A stretch of DNA of 64,000 nucleotides. It comes from the human T2T-CHM13v2.0 reference genome, Homo sapiens. Below the pieces are notes generated by a model. The model saw nothing but the letters and a program-made list of their open reading frames with translations, ran no database searches and had not been told where the DNA came from. The translations under genes and the position numbers were made by a program. Location: the NCBI RefSeq assembly GCF_009914755.1, contig NC_060937.1. One strand, 5' to 3'. Shown in pieces: positions 14,601-31,567 of this stretch. How positions within the stretch are numbered: position 1 is the first letter of the stretch; each line of letters opens with the position of its first letter.

Positions 14601-17600
14601 TCAAAGTACGCAAACATGTATTATATACTGTACATAAAATATGAAATTACATCAAATATATATTATATTAGGTACATAAAATATGAAAGTACATCAAATA
14701 TACATTATATAATGTACATAAAATACCAAAGTACCCCAAATATATATTATATACTGTACATGAAATATCAAAGTTCACAAACTATATATTATATACTGTA
14801 CATAAAATATCAAAGTACCGAAGGGATATATTCTATAATGTACAAAAAATATCAAAGTACCCAAAGCATGTATTATATACTGTACATAAAATATGAAAGT
14901 ACATGAAATATATATTTTATTCTGTACATAAAATATCAAAGTACACCAAATATATATTCTATAGTGTACATAAAATATCAAAGTACCCAGACTATACATT
15001 ATATACTGTACATAAAACATGAAATTACATCCAATATATATTATATTTGGTACATAAAATATGAAAGTACATCAAATATAAATTATATACTGTACATAAA
15101 ATACCAAAGTACCCCAAATATATATTATATACTGTACATGAAATATCAAAGTTCACAAACTATATATTATATACTGTACATAAAATATCAAAGTACCCAA
15201 GGTATATATTCTATATTGTACAAAAAATATCAAAGTTCCCAAAGCATGTATTATATACTGTTAATAAAATATGAAAGTACATCAAATATATATTTAATTC
15301 TGTACATAAAATATCAAAGTACACCAAATATATATTCTATAGTGTACATAAAATATCAAAGTACCCAAACTATACATTATATACTGTACATAAAATATGA
15401 AATTACATCAAATATATATTATATTAGGTACATAAAATATGAAAGTACATCAAATATAGATTATATACTGTACATAAAATACCAAAGTACCCCAAATACA
15501 TATTATATACTGTACATGAAATATCAAAGTTCACAAACTATATATTGTATACTGTACATAAAATATCAAAGTACCGAAGGGATATATTCTATACTGTACA
15601 AAAAATATCAAAGTACCCAAAGCATGTATTATATACTGTACATAAAATATGAAAGTACATGAAATATATATTTTATTCTGTACATAAAATATCAAAGTAC
15701 ACCAAATATATATTCTATAGTGTACATAAAATATCAAAGTACCCAGACTATACATTATATACTGTACATAAAACATGAAATTACATCCAATATATATTAT
15801 ATTAGGTACATAAAATATGAAAGTACATCAAATATAAATTATATACTGTACATAAAATACCAAAGTACCCCAAATATATATTATATACTGTACATGAAAT
15901 ATCAAAGTTCACAAACTATATATTATATACTGTACATAAAATATCAAAGTACCCAAGGTATATATTCTATACTCTACAAAAAATATCAAAGTACCCAAAG
16001 CATGTATTATATAGTGTATATAAAATATGAAAGTACATCAAATATATATTTAATTCTGTACATAAAATATCAAAGTACACCAAATATATATTCTATAGTG
16101 TACATTAAATATCAAACTACCCAAACTATACATTATATACTGTACATAAAATATGAAATTACATCAAATATATATTATATTAGGTACATAAAATATGAAA
16201 GTACATCAAATATAGATTATACACTGTACATAAAATACCAAAGAACCCCAAATATATATTATATACTGTACATGAAATATCAAAGTTCACAAACTATATA
16301 TTATATACTGTACATAAAATATCAAAGTACCCAAGGTATATATTCTATACTGTACAAAAAATATCAAAGTACCCAAAGCATGTATTATATAGTGTATATA
16401 AAATATGAAAGTACATCAAATATATATTTAATTCTGTACATAAAATATCAAAGTACACCAAATATATATTCTATACTGTACATAAAATATCAAAATACCC
16501 AAACTATACATTATATACTGTACATAAAATATGAAATTACATCAAATATATATTATATTAGGTACATAAAATATGAAAGTACATCAAATATAGATTATAC
16601 ACTGTACATAAAATATCAAAGTTCACAAACTATATATTATATAATGTACATAAAATATCAAAGTACCCAAGGTATATATTCTATACTGTACAAAAAATAT
16701 CAATGTACGCAAACATGTATTATATACTGTACATAAAATATGAAATTACATCAAATATATATTATATTAGGTACATAAAATATGAAAGTACATCAAATAT
16801 ACATTATATAATGTACATAAAATACCAAAGTACCCCAAATATATATTATATACTGTACATGAAATATCAAAGTTCACAAACTATATATTATATACTGTAC
16901 ATAAAATATCAAAGTACCGAAGGGATATATTCTATAATGTACAAAAAATATCAAAGTACCCAAAGCATGTATTATATACTGTACATAAAATATGAAAGTA
17001 CATGAAATATATATTTTATTCTGTACATAAAATATCAAAGTACACCAAATATATATTCTATAGTGTACATAAAATATCAAAGTACCCAGACTATACATTA
17101 TATACTGTACATAAAACATGAAATTACATCCAATATATATTATATTTGGTACATAAAATATGAAAGTACATCAAATATAAATTATATACTGTACATAAAA
17201 TACCAAAGTACCCCAAATATATATTATATACTGTACATGAAATATCAAAGTTCACAAACTATATATTATATACTGTACATAAAATATCAAAGTACCCAAG
17301 GTATATATTCTATACTGTACAAAAAATATCAAAGTTCCCAAAGCATGTATTATATACTGTTAATAAAATATGAAAGTACATCAAATATATATTTAATTCT
17401 GTACATAAAATATCAAAGTACACCAAATATATATTCTATAGTGTACATAAAATATCAAAGTACCCAAACTATACATTATATACTGTACATAAAATATGAA
17501 ATTACATCAAATATATATTATATTAGGTACATAAAATATGAAAGTACATCAAATATATATTATATACTGTACATAAAATACCAAAGTACCCCAAATACAT

Positions 17601-20600
17601 ATTATATACTGTACATGAAATATCAAAGTTCACAAACTATATATTGTATACTGTACATAAAATATCAAAGTACCGAAGGGATATATTCTATACTGTACAA
17701 AAAATATCAAAGTACCCAAAGCATGTATTATATACTGTACATAAAATATGAAAGTACATGAAATATATATTTTATTCTGTACATAAAATATCAAAGTACA
17801 CCAAATATATATTCTATAGTGTACATAAAATATCAAAGTACCCAGACTATACATTATATACTGTACATAAAACATGAAATTACATCCAATATATATTATA
17901 TTAGGTACATAAAATATGAAAGTACATCAAATATAAATTATATACTGTACATAAAATACCAAAGTACCCCAAATATATATTATATACTGTACATGAAATA
18001 TCAAAGTTCACAAACTATATATTATATACTGTACATAAAATATCAAAGTACCCAAGGTATATATTCTATACTGTACAAAAAATATCAAAGTACCCAAAGC
18101 ATGTATTATATAGTGTATATAAAATATGAAAGTACATCAAATATATATTTAATTCTGTACATAAAATATCAAAGTACACCAAATATATATTCTATAGTGT
18201 ACATTAAATATCAAACTACCCAAACTATACATTATATACTGTACATAAAATATGAAATTACATCAAATATATATTATATTAGGTACATAAAATATGAAAG
18301 TACATCAAATATAGATTATACACTGTACATAAAATACCAAAGAACCCCAAATATATATTATATACTGTATATGAAATATCAAAGTTCACAAACTATATAT
18401 TATATACTGTACATAAAATATCAAAGTACCCAAGGTATATATTCTATACTGTACAAAAAATATCAAAGTACCCAAAGCATGTATTATATAGTGTATATAA
18501 AATATGAAAGTACATCAAATATATATTTAATTCTGTACATAAAATATCAAAGTACACCAAATATATATTCTATACTGTACATAAAATATCAAAGTACCCA
18601 AACTATACATTATATACTGTACATAAAATATGAAATTACATCAAATATATATTATATTAGGTACATAAAATATGAAAGTACATCAAATATAGATTATACA
18701 CTGTACATAAAATACCAAAGAACCCCAAATCTATATTATATACTGTACATGAAATATCAAAGTTCACAAACTATATATTATATACTGTACATAAAATATC
18801 AAAGTACCCAAGGTATATATTCTATACTGTACAAAAAATATCAAAGTTCCCAAAGCATGTATTATATACTGTTAATAAAATATGAAAGTACATCAAATAT
18901 ATATTTAATTCTGTACATAAAATATCAAAGTACACCAAATATATATTCTATAGTGTACATAAAATATCAAAGTACCCAAACTATACATTATATACTGTAC
19001 ATAAAATATGAAATTACATCAAATATATATTATATTAGGTACATAAAATATGAAAGTACATCAAATATAGATTATATACTGTACATAAAATACCAAAGTA
19101 CCCCAAATACATATTATATACTGTACATGAAATATCAAAGTTCACAAACTATATATTGTATACTGTACATAAAATATCAAAGTACCGAAGGGATATATTC
19201 TATACTGTACAAAAAATATCAAAGTACCCAAAGCATGTATTATATACTGTACATAAAATATGAAAGTACATGAAATATATATTTTATTCTGTACATAAAA
19301 TATCAAAGTACACCAAATATATATTCTATAGTGTACATAAAATATCAAAGTACCCAGACTATACATTATATACTGTACATAAAACATGAAATTACATCCA
19401 ATATATATTATATTAGGTACATAAAATATGAAAGTACATCAAATATAAATTATATACTGTACATAAAATACCAAAGTACCCCAAATATATATTATATACT
19501 GTACATGAAATATCAAAGTTCACAAACTATATATTATATACTGTACATAAAATATCAAAGTACCCAAGGTATATATTCTATACTGTACAAAAAATATCAA
19601 AGTACCCAAAGCATGTATTATATAGTGTATATAAAATATGAAAGTACATCAAATATATATTTAATTCTGTACATAAAATATCAAAGTACACCAAATATAT
19701 ATTCTATAGTGTACATTAAATATCAAACTACCCAAACTATACATTATATACTGTACATAAAATATGAAATTACATCAAATATATATTATATTAGGTACAT
19801 AAAATATGAAAGTACATCAAATATAGATTATACACTGTACATAAAATACCAAAGAACCCCAAATATATATTATATACTGTACATGAAATATCAAAGTTCA
19901 CAAACTATATATTATATACTGTACATAAAATATCAAAGTACCCAAGGTATATATTCTATACTGTACAAAAAATATCAAAGTACGCAAACATGTATTATAT
20001 ACTGTACATAAAATATGAAATTACATCAAATATATATTATATTAGGTACATAAAATATGAAAATACATCAAATATACATTATATAATGTACATAAAATAC
20101 CAAAGTACCCCAAATATATATTATATACTGTACATGAAATATCAAAGTTCACAAACTATATATTATATACTGTACATAAAATATCAAAGTACCGAAGGGA
20201 TATATTCTATAATGTACAAAAAATATCAAAGTACCCAAAGCATGTATTATATACTGTACATAAAATATGAAAGTACATGAAATATATATTTTATTCTGTA
20301 CATAAAATATCAAAGTACACCAAATATATATTCTATAGTGTACATAAAATATCAAAGTACCCAGACTATACATTATATACTGTACATAAAACATGAAATT
20401 ACATCCAATATATATTATATTTGGTACATAAAATATGAAAGTACATCAAATATAAATTATATACTGTACATAAAATACCAAAGTACCCCAAATATATATT
20501 ATATACTGTACATGAAATATCAAAGTTCACAAACTATATATTATATACTGTACATAAAATATCAAAGTACCCAAGGTATATATTCTATACTGTACAAAAA

Positions 20601-21742
20601 ATATCAAAGTTCCCAAAGCATGTATTATATACTGTTAATAAAATATGAAAGTACATCAAATATATATTTAATTCTGTACATAAAATATCAAAGTACACCA
20701 AATATATATTCTATAGTGTACATAAAATATCAAAGTACCCAAACTATACATTATATACTGTACATAAAATATGAAATTACATCAAATATATATTATATTA
20801 GGTACATAAAATATGAAAGTACATCAAATATATATTATATACTGTACATAAAATACCAAAGTACCCCAAATACATATTATATACTGTACATGAAATATCA
20901 AAGTTCACAAACTATATATTGTATACTGTACATAAAATATCAAAGTACCGAAGGGATATATTCTATACTGTACAAAAAATATCAAAGTACCCAAAGCATG
21001 TATTATATACTGTACATAAAATATGAAAGTACATGAAATATATATTTTATTCTGTACATAAAATATCAAAGTACACCAAATATATATTCTATAGTGTACA
21101 TAAAATATCAAATTACCCAGACTATACATTATATACTGTACATAAAACATGAAATTACATCCAATATATATTATATTAGGTACATAAAATATGAAAGTAC
21201 ATCAAATATAGATTATACACTGTACATAAAATACCAAAGAACCCCAAATATATATTATATACTGTACATGAAATATCAAAGTTCACAAACTATATATTAT
21301 ATACTGTACATAAAATATCAAAGTACCCAAGGTATATATTCTATACTGTACAAAAAATATCAAAGTACCCAAAGCATGTATTATATAGTGTATATAAAAT
21401 ATGAAAGTACATCAAATATATATTTAATTCTGTACATAAAATATCAAAGTACACCAAATATATATTCTATACTGTACATAAAATATCAAAGTACCCAAAC
21501 TATACATTATATACTGTACATAAAATATGAAATTACATCAAATATATATTATATTAGGTACATAAAATATGAAAGTACATCAAATATAGATTATACACTG
21601 TACATAAAATACCAAAGAACCCCAAATATATATTATATACTGTACATGAAATATCAAAGTTCACAAACTATATATTATATAATGTACATAAAATATCAAA
21701 GTACCCAAGGTATATATTCTATACTGTACAAAAAATATCAAA

Positions 21743-24700
21743 GTACGCAAACATGTATTATATACTGTACATAAAATATGAAATTACATCAAATATATAT
21801 TATATTAGGTACATAAAATATGAAAGTACATCAAATATACATTATATAATGTACATAAAATACCAAAGTACCCCAAATATATATTATATACTGTACATGA
21901 AATATCAAAGTTCACAAACTATATATTATATACTGTACATAAAATATCAAAGTACCGAAGGGATATATTCTATAATGTACAAAAAATATCAAAGTACCCA
22001 AAGCATGTATTATATACTGTACATAAAATATGAAAGTACATGAAATATATATTTTATTCTGTACATAAAATATCAAAGTACACCAAATATATATTCTATA
22101 GTGTACATAAAATATCAAAGTACCCAGACTATACATTATATACTGTACATAAAACATGAAATTACATCCAATATATATTATATTTGGTACATAAAATATG
22201 AAAGTACATCAAATATAAATTATATACTGTACATAAAATACCAAAGTACCCCAAATATATATTATATACTGTACATGAAATATCAAAGTTCACAAACTAT
22301 ATATTATATACTGTACATAAAATATCAAAGTACCCAAGGTATATATTCTATACTGTACAAAAAATATCAAAGTTCCCAAAGCATGTATTATATACTGTTA
22401 ATAAAATATGAAAGTACATCAAATATATATTTAATTCTGTACATAAAATATCAAAGTACACCAAATATATATTCTATAGTGTACATAAAATATCAAAGTA
22501 CCCAAACTATACATTATATACTGTACATAAAATATGAAATTACATCAAATATATATTATATTAGGTACATAAAATATGAAAGTACATCAAATATATATTA
22601 TATACTGTACATAAAATACCAAAGTACCCCAAATACATATTATATACTGTACATGAAATATCAAAGTTCACAAACTATATATTGTATACTGTACATAAAA
22701 TATCAAAGTACCGAAGGGATATATTCTATACTGTACAAAAAATATCAAAGTACCCAAAGCATGTATTATATACTGTACATAAAATATGAAAGTACATGAA
22801 ATATATATTTTATTCTGTACATAAAATATCAAAGTACACCAAATATATATTCTATAGTGTACATAAAATATCAAAGTACCCAGACTATACATTATATACT
22901 GTACATAAAACATGAAATTACATCCAATATATATTATATTAGGTACATAAAATATGAAAGTACATCAAATATAAATTATATACTGTACATAAAATACCAA
23001 AGTACCCCAAATATATATTATATACTGTACATGAAATATCAAAGTTCACAAACTATATATTATATACTGTACATAAAATATCAAAGTACCCAAGGTATAT
23101 ATTCTATACTGTACAAAAAATATCAAAGTACCCAAAGCATGTATTATATAGTGTATATAAAATATGAACGTACATCAAATATATATTTAATTCTGTACAT
23201 AAAATATCAAAGTACACCAAATATATATTCTATAGTGTACATTAAATATCAAACTACCCAAACTATACATTATATACTGTACATAAAATATGAAATTACA
23301 TCAAATATATATTATATTAGGTACATAAAATATGAAAGTACATCAAATATAGATTATACACTGTACATAAAATACCAAAGAACCCCAAATATATATTATA
23401 TACTGTATATGAAATATCAAAGTTCACAAACTATATATTATATACTGTACATAAAATATCAAAGTACCCAAGGTATATATTCTATACTGTACAAAAAATA
23501 TCAAAGTACCCAAAGCATGTATTATATAGTGTATATAAAATATGAAAGTACATCAAATATATATTTAATTCTGTACATAAAATATCAAAGTACACCAAAT
23601 ATATATTCTATACTGTACATAAAATATCAAAGTACCCAAACTATACATTATATACTGTACATAAAATATGAAATTACATCAAATATATATTATATTAGGT
23701 ACATAAAATATGAAAGTACATCAAATATAGATTATACACTGTACATAAAATACCAAAGAACCCCAAATATATATTATATACTGTACATGAAATATCAAAG
23801 TTCACAAACTATATATTATATACTGTACATAAAATATCAAAGTACCCAAGGTATATATTCTATACTGTACAAAAAATATCAAAGTTCCCAAAGCATGTAT
23901 TATATACTGTTAATAAAATATGAAAGTACATCAAATATATATTTAATTCTGTACATAAAATATCAAAGTACACCAAATATATATTCTATAGTGTACATAA
24001 AATATCAAAGTACCCAAACTATACATTATATACTGTACATAAAATATGAAATTACATCAAATATATATTATATTAGGTACATAAAATATGAAAGTACATC
24101 AAATATAGATTATATACTGTACATAAAATACCAAAGTACCCCAAATACATATTATATACTGTACATGAAATATCAAAGTTCACAAACTATATATTGTATA
24201 CTGTACATAAAATATCAAAGTACCGAAGGGATATATTCTATACTGTACAAAAAATATCAAAGTACCCAAAGCATGTATTATATACTGTACATAAAATATG
24301 AAAGTACATGAAATATATATTTTATTCTGTACATAAAATATCAAAGTACACCAAATATATATTCTATAGTGTACATAAAATATCAAAGTACCCAGACTAT
24401 ACATTATATACTGTACATAAAACATGAAATTACATCCAATATATATTATATTAGGTACATAAAATATGAAAGTACATCAAATATAAATTATATACTGTAC
24501 ATAAAATACCAAAGTACCCCAAATATATATTATATACTGTACATGAAATATCAAAGTTCACAAACTATATATTATATACTGTACATAAAATATCAAAGTA
24601 CCCAAGGTATATATTCTATACTGTACAAAAAATATCAAAGTACCCAAAGCATGTATTATATAGTGTATATAAAATATGAAAGTACATCAAATATATATTT

Positions 24701-27700
24701 AATTCTGTACATAAAATATCAAAGTACACCAAATATATATTCTATAGTGTACATTAAATATCAAACTACCCAAACTATACATTATATACTGTACATAAAA
24801 TATGAAATTACATCAAATATATATTATATTAGGTACATAAAATATGAAAGTACATCAAATATAGATTATACACTGTACATAAAATACCAAAGAACCCCAA
24901 ATATATATTATATACTGTACATGAAATATCAAAGTTCACAAACTATATATTATATACTGTACATAAAATATCAAAGTACCCAAGGTATATATTCTATACT
25001 GTACAAAAAATATCAAAGTACGCAAACATGTATTATATACTGTACATAAAATATGAAATTACATCAAATATATATTATATTAGGTACATAAAATATGAAA
25101 GTACATCAAATATACATTATATAATGTACATAAAATACCAAAGTACCCCAAATATATATTATATACTGTACATGAAATATCAAAGTTCACAAACTATATA
25201 TTATATACTGTACATAAAATATCAAAGTACCGAAGGGATATATTCTATAATGTACAAAAAATATCAAAGTACCCAAAGCATGTATTATATACTGTACATA
25301 AAATATGAAAGTACATGAAATATATATTTTATTCTGTACATAAAATATCAAAGTACACCAAATATATATTCTATAGTGTACATAAAATATCAAAGTACCC
25401 AGACTATACATTATATACTGTACATAAAACATGAAATTACATCCAATATATATTATATTTGGTACATAAAATATGAAAGTACATCAAATATAAATTATAT
25501 ACTGTACATAAAATACCAAAGTACCCCAAATATATATTATATACTGTACATGAAATATCAAAGTTCACAAACTATATATTATATACTGTACATAAAATAT
25601 CAAAGTACCCAAGGTATATATTCTATACTGTACAAAAAATATCAAAGTTCCCAAAGCATGTATTATATACTGTTAATAAAATATGAAAGTACATCAAATA
25701 TATATTTAATTCTGTACATAAAATATCAAAGTACACCAAATATATATTCTATAGTGTACATAAAATATCAAAGTACCCAAACTATACATTATATACTGTA
25801 CATAAAATATGAAATTACATCAAATATATATTATATTAGGTACATAAAATATGAAAGTACATCAAATATATATTATATACTGTACATAAAATACCAAAGT
25901 ACCCCAAATACATATTATATACTGTACATGAAATATCAAAGTTCACAAACTATATATTGTATACTGTACATAAAATATCAAAGTACCGAAGGGATATATT
26001 CTATACTGTACAAAAAATATCAAAGTACCCAAAGCATGTATTATATACTGTACATAAAATATGAAAGTACATGAAATATATATTTTATTCTGTACATAAA
26101 ATATCAAAGTACACCAAATATATATTCTATAGTGTACATAAAATATCAAAGTACCCAGACTATACATTATATACTGTACATAAAACATGAAATTACATCC
26201 AATATATATTATATTAGGTACATAAAATATGAAAGTACATCAAATATAAATTATATACTGTACATAAAATACCAAAGTACCCCAAATATATATTATATAC
26301 TGTACATGAAATATCAAAGTTCACAAACTATATATTATATACTGTACATAAAATATCAAAGTACCCAAGGTATATATTCTATACTGTACAAAAAATATCA
26401 AAGTACCCAAAGCATGTATTATATAGTGTATATAAAATATGAAAGTACATCAAATATATATTTAATTCTGTACATAAAATATCAAAGTACACCAAATATA
26501 TATTCTATAGTGTACATTAAATATCAAACTACCCAAACTATACATTATATACTGTACATAAAATATGAAATTACATCAAATATATATTATATTAGGTACA
26601 TAAAATATGAAAGTACATCAAATATAGATTATACACTGTACATAAAATACCAAAGAACCCCAAATATATATTATATACTGTACATGAAATATCAAAGTTC
26701 ACAAACTATATATTATATACTGTACATAAAATATCAAAGTACCCAAGGTATATATTCTATACTGTACAAAAAATATCAAAGTACCCAAAGCATGTATTAT
26801 ATAGTGTATATAAAATATGAAAGTACATCAAATATATATTTAATTCTGTACATAAAATATCAAAGTACACCAAATATATATTCTATACTGTACATAAAAT
26901 ATCAAAGTACCCAAACTATACATTATATACTGTACATAAAATATGAAATTACATCAAATATATATTATATTAGGTACATAAAATATGAAAGTACATCAAA
27001 TATAGATTATACACTGTACATAAAATACCAAAGAACCCCAAATATATATTATATACTGTACATGAAATATCAAAGTTCACAAACTATATATTATATACTG
27101 TACATAAAATATCAAAGTACCCAAGGTATATATTCTATACTGTACAAAAAATATCAAAGTTCCCAAAGCATGTATTATATACTGTTAATAAAATATGAAA
27201 GTACATCAAATATATATTTAATTCTGTACATAAAATATCAAAGTACACCAAATATATATTCTATAGTGTACATAAAATATCAAAGTACCCAAACTATACA
27301 TTATATACTGTACATAAAATATGAAATTACATCAAATATATATTATATTAGGTACATAAAATATGAAAGTACATCAAATATAGATTATATACTGTACATA
27401 AAATACCAAAGTACCCCAAATACATATTATATACTGTACATGAAATATCAAAGTTCACAAACTATATATTGTATACTGTACATAAAATATCAAAGTACCG
27501 AAGGGATATATTCTATACTGTACAAAAAATATCAAAGTACCCAAAGCATGTATTATATACTGTACATAAAATATGAAAGTACATGAAATATATATTTTAT
27601 TCTGTACATAAAATATCAAAGTACACCAAATATATATTCTATAGTGTACATAAAATATCAAAGTACCCAGACTATACATTATATACTGTACATAAAACAT

Positions 27701-30700
27701 GAAATTACATCCAATATATATTATATTAGGTACATAAAATATGAAAGTACATCAAATATAAATTATATACTGTACATAAAATACCAAAGAACCCCAAATA
27801 TATATTATATACTGTACATGAAATATCAAAGTTCACAAACTATATATTATATACTGTACATAAAATATCAAAGTACCCAAGGTATATATTCTATACTGTA
27901 CAAAAAATATCAAAGTACCCAAAGCATGTATTATATAGTGTATATAAAATATGAAAGTACATCAAATATATATTTAATTCTGTACATAAAATATCAAAGT
28001 ACACCAAATATATATTCTATACTGTACATAAAATATCAAAGTACCCAAACTATACATTATATACTGTACATAAAATATGAAATTACATCAAATATATATT
28101 ATATTAGGTACATAAAATATGAAAGTACATCAAATATAGATTATACACTGTACATAAAATACCAAAGAACCCCAAATATATATTATATACTGTACATGAA
28201 ATATCAAAGTTCACAAACTATATATTATATAATGTACATAAAATATCAAAGTACCCAAGGTATATATTCTATACTGTACAAAAAATATCAAAGTACGCAA
28301 ACATGTATTATATACTGTACATAAAATATGAAATTACATCAAATATATATTATATTAGGTACATAAAATATGAAAGTACATCAAATATACATTATATAAT
28401 GTACATAAAATACCAAAGTACCCCAAATATATATTATATACTGTACATGAAATATCAAAGTTCACAAACTATATATTATATACTGTACATAAAATATCAA
28501 AGTACCGAAGGGATATATTCTATAATGTACAAAAAATATCAAAGTACCCAAAGCATGTATTATATACTGTACATAAAATATGAAAGTACATGAAATATAT
28601 ATTTTATTCTGTACATAAAATATCAAAGTACACCAAATATATATTCTATAGTGTACATAAAATATCAAAGTACCCAGACTATACATTATATACTGTACAT
28701 AAAACATGAAATTACATCCAATATATATTATATTTGGTACATAAAATATGAAAGTACATCAAATATAAATTATATACTGTACATAAAATACCAAAGTACC
28801 CCAAATATATATTATATACTGTACATGAAATATCAAAGTTCACAAACTATATATTATATACTGTACATAAAATATCAAAGTACCCAAGGTATATATTCTA
28901 TACTGTACAAAAAATATCAAAGTTCCCAAAGCATGTATTATATACTGTTAATAAAATATGAAAGTACATCAAATATATATTTAATTCTGTACATAAAATA
29001 TCAAAGTACACCAAATATATATTCTATAGTGTACATAAAATATCAAAGTACCCAAACTATACATTATATACTGTACATAAAATATGAAATTACATCAAAT
29101 ATATATTATATTAGGTACATAAAATATGAAAGTACATCAAATATATATTATATACTGTACATAAAATACCAAAGTACCCCAAATACATATTATATACTGT
29201 ACATGAAATATCAAAGTTCACAAACTATATATTGTATACTGTACATAAAATATCAAAGTACCGAAGGGATATATTCTATACTGTACAAAAAATATCAAAG
29301 TACCCAAAGCATGTATTATATACTGTACATAAAATATGAAAGTACATGAAATATATATTTTATTCTGTACATAAAATATCAAAGTACACCAAATATATAT
29401 TCTATAGTGTACATAAAATATCAAAGTACCCAGACTATACATTATATACTGTACATAAAACATGAAATTACATCCAATATATATTATATTAGGTACATAA
29501 AATATGAAAGTACATCAAATATAAATTATATACTGTACATAAAATACCAAAGTACCCCAAATATATATTATATACTGTACATGAAATATCAAAGTTCACA
29601 AACTATATATTATATACTGTACATAAAATATCAAAGTACCCAAGGTATATATTCTATACTGTACAAAAAATATCAAAGTACCCAAAGCATGTATTATATA
29701 GTGTATATAAAATATGAAAGTACATCAAATATATATTTAATTCTGTACATAAAATATCAAAGTACACCAAATATATATTCTATAGTGTACATTAAATATC
29801 AAACTACCCAAACTATACATTATATACTGTACATAAAATATGAAATTACATCAAATATATATTATATTAGGTACATAAAATATGAAAGTACATCAAATAT
29901 AGATTATACACTGTACATAAAATACCAAAGAACCCCAAATATATATTATATACTGTACATGAAATATCAAAGTTCACAAACTATATATTATATACTGTAC
30001 ATAAAATATCAAAGTACCCAAGGTATATATTCTATACTGTACAAAAAATATCAAAGTACCCAAAGCATGTATTATATAGTGTATATAAAATATGAAAGTA
30101 CATCAAATATATATTTAATTCTGTACATAAAATATCAAAGTACACCAAATATATATTCTATACTGTACATAAAATATCAAAGTACCCAAACTATACATTA
30201 TATACTGTACATAAAATATGAAATTACATCAAATATATATTATATTAGGTACATAAAATATGAAAGTACATCAAATATAGATTATACACTGTACATAAAA
30301 TACCAAAGAACCCCAAATATATATTATATACTGTACATGAAATATCAAAGTTCACAAACTATATATTATATACTGTACATAAAATATCAAAGTACCCAAG
30401 GTATATATTCTATACTGTACAAAAAATATCAAAGTTCCCAAAGCATGTATTATATACTGTTAATAAAATATGAAAGTACATCAAATATATATTTAATTCT
30501 GTACATAAAATATCAAAGTACACCAAATATATATTCTATAGTGTACATAAAATATCAAAGTACCCAAACTATACATTATATACTGTACATAAAATATGAA
30601 ATTACATCAAATATATATTATATTAGGTACATAAAATATGAAAGTACATCAAATATAGATTATATACTGTACATAAAATACCAAAGTACCCCAAATACAT

Positions 30701-31567
30701 ATTATATACTGTACATGAAATATCAAAGTTCACAAACTATATATTGTATACTGTACATAAAATATCAAAGTACCGAAGGGATATATTCTATACTGTACAA
30801 AAAATATCAAAGTACCCAAAGCATGTATTATATACTGTACATAAAATATGAAAGTACATGAAATATATATTTTATTCTGTACATAAAATATCAAAGTACA
30901 CCAAATATATATTCTATAGTGTACATAAAATATCAAAGTACCCAGACTATACATTATATACTGTACATAAAACATGAAATTACATCCAATATATATTATA
31001 TTAGGTACATAAAATATGAAAGTACATCAAATATAAATTATATACTGTACATAAAATACCAAAGAACCCCAAATATATATTATATACTGTACATGAAATA
31101 TCAAAGTTCACAAACTATATATTATATACTGTACATAAAATATCAAAGTACCCAAGGTATATATTCTATACTGTACAAAAAATATCAAAGTACCCAAAGC
31201 ATGTATTATATAGTGTATATAAAATATGAAAGTACATCAAATATATATTTAATTCTGTACATAAAATATCAAAGTACACCAAATATATATTCTATACTGT
31301 ACATAAAATATCAAAGTACCCAAACTATACATTATATACTGTACATAAAATATGAAATTACATCAAATATATATTATATTAGGTACATAAAATATGAAAG
31401 TACATCAAATATAGATTATACACTGTACATAAAATACCAAAGAACCCCAAATATATATTATATACTGTACATGAAATATCAAAGTTCACAAACTATATAT
31501 TATATAATGTACATAAAATATCAAAGTACCCAAGGTATATATTCTATACTGTACAAAAAATATCAAA
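21743..31567 (+). repeat. Three tandem copies of a 3,275-bp (78-monomer) super-HOR
   Basis: E junctions at 21753, 25028, 28303 and 31578 are each 3,275 bp apart (8 x 378 + 251). ORF pairs 26132/29407 and 27644/30919 have identical translations. Confidence 0.9.
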
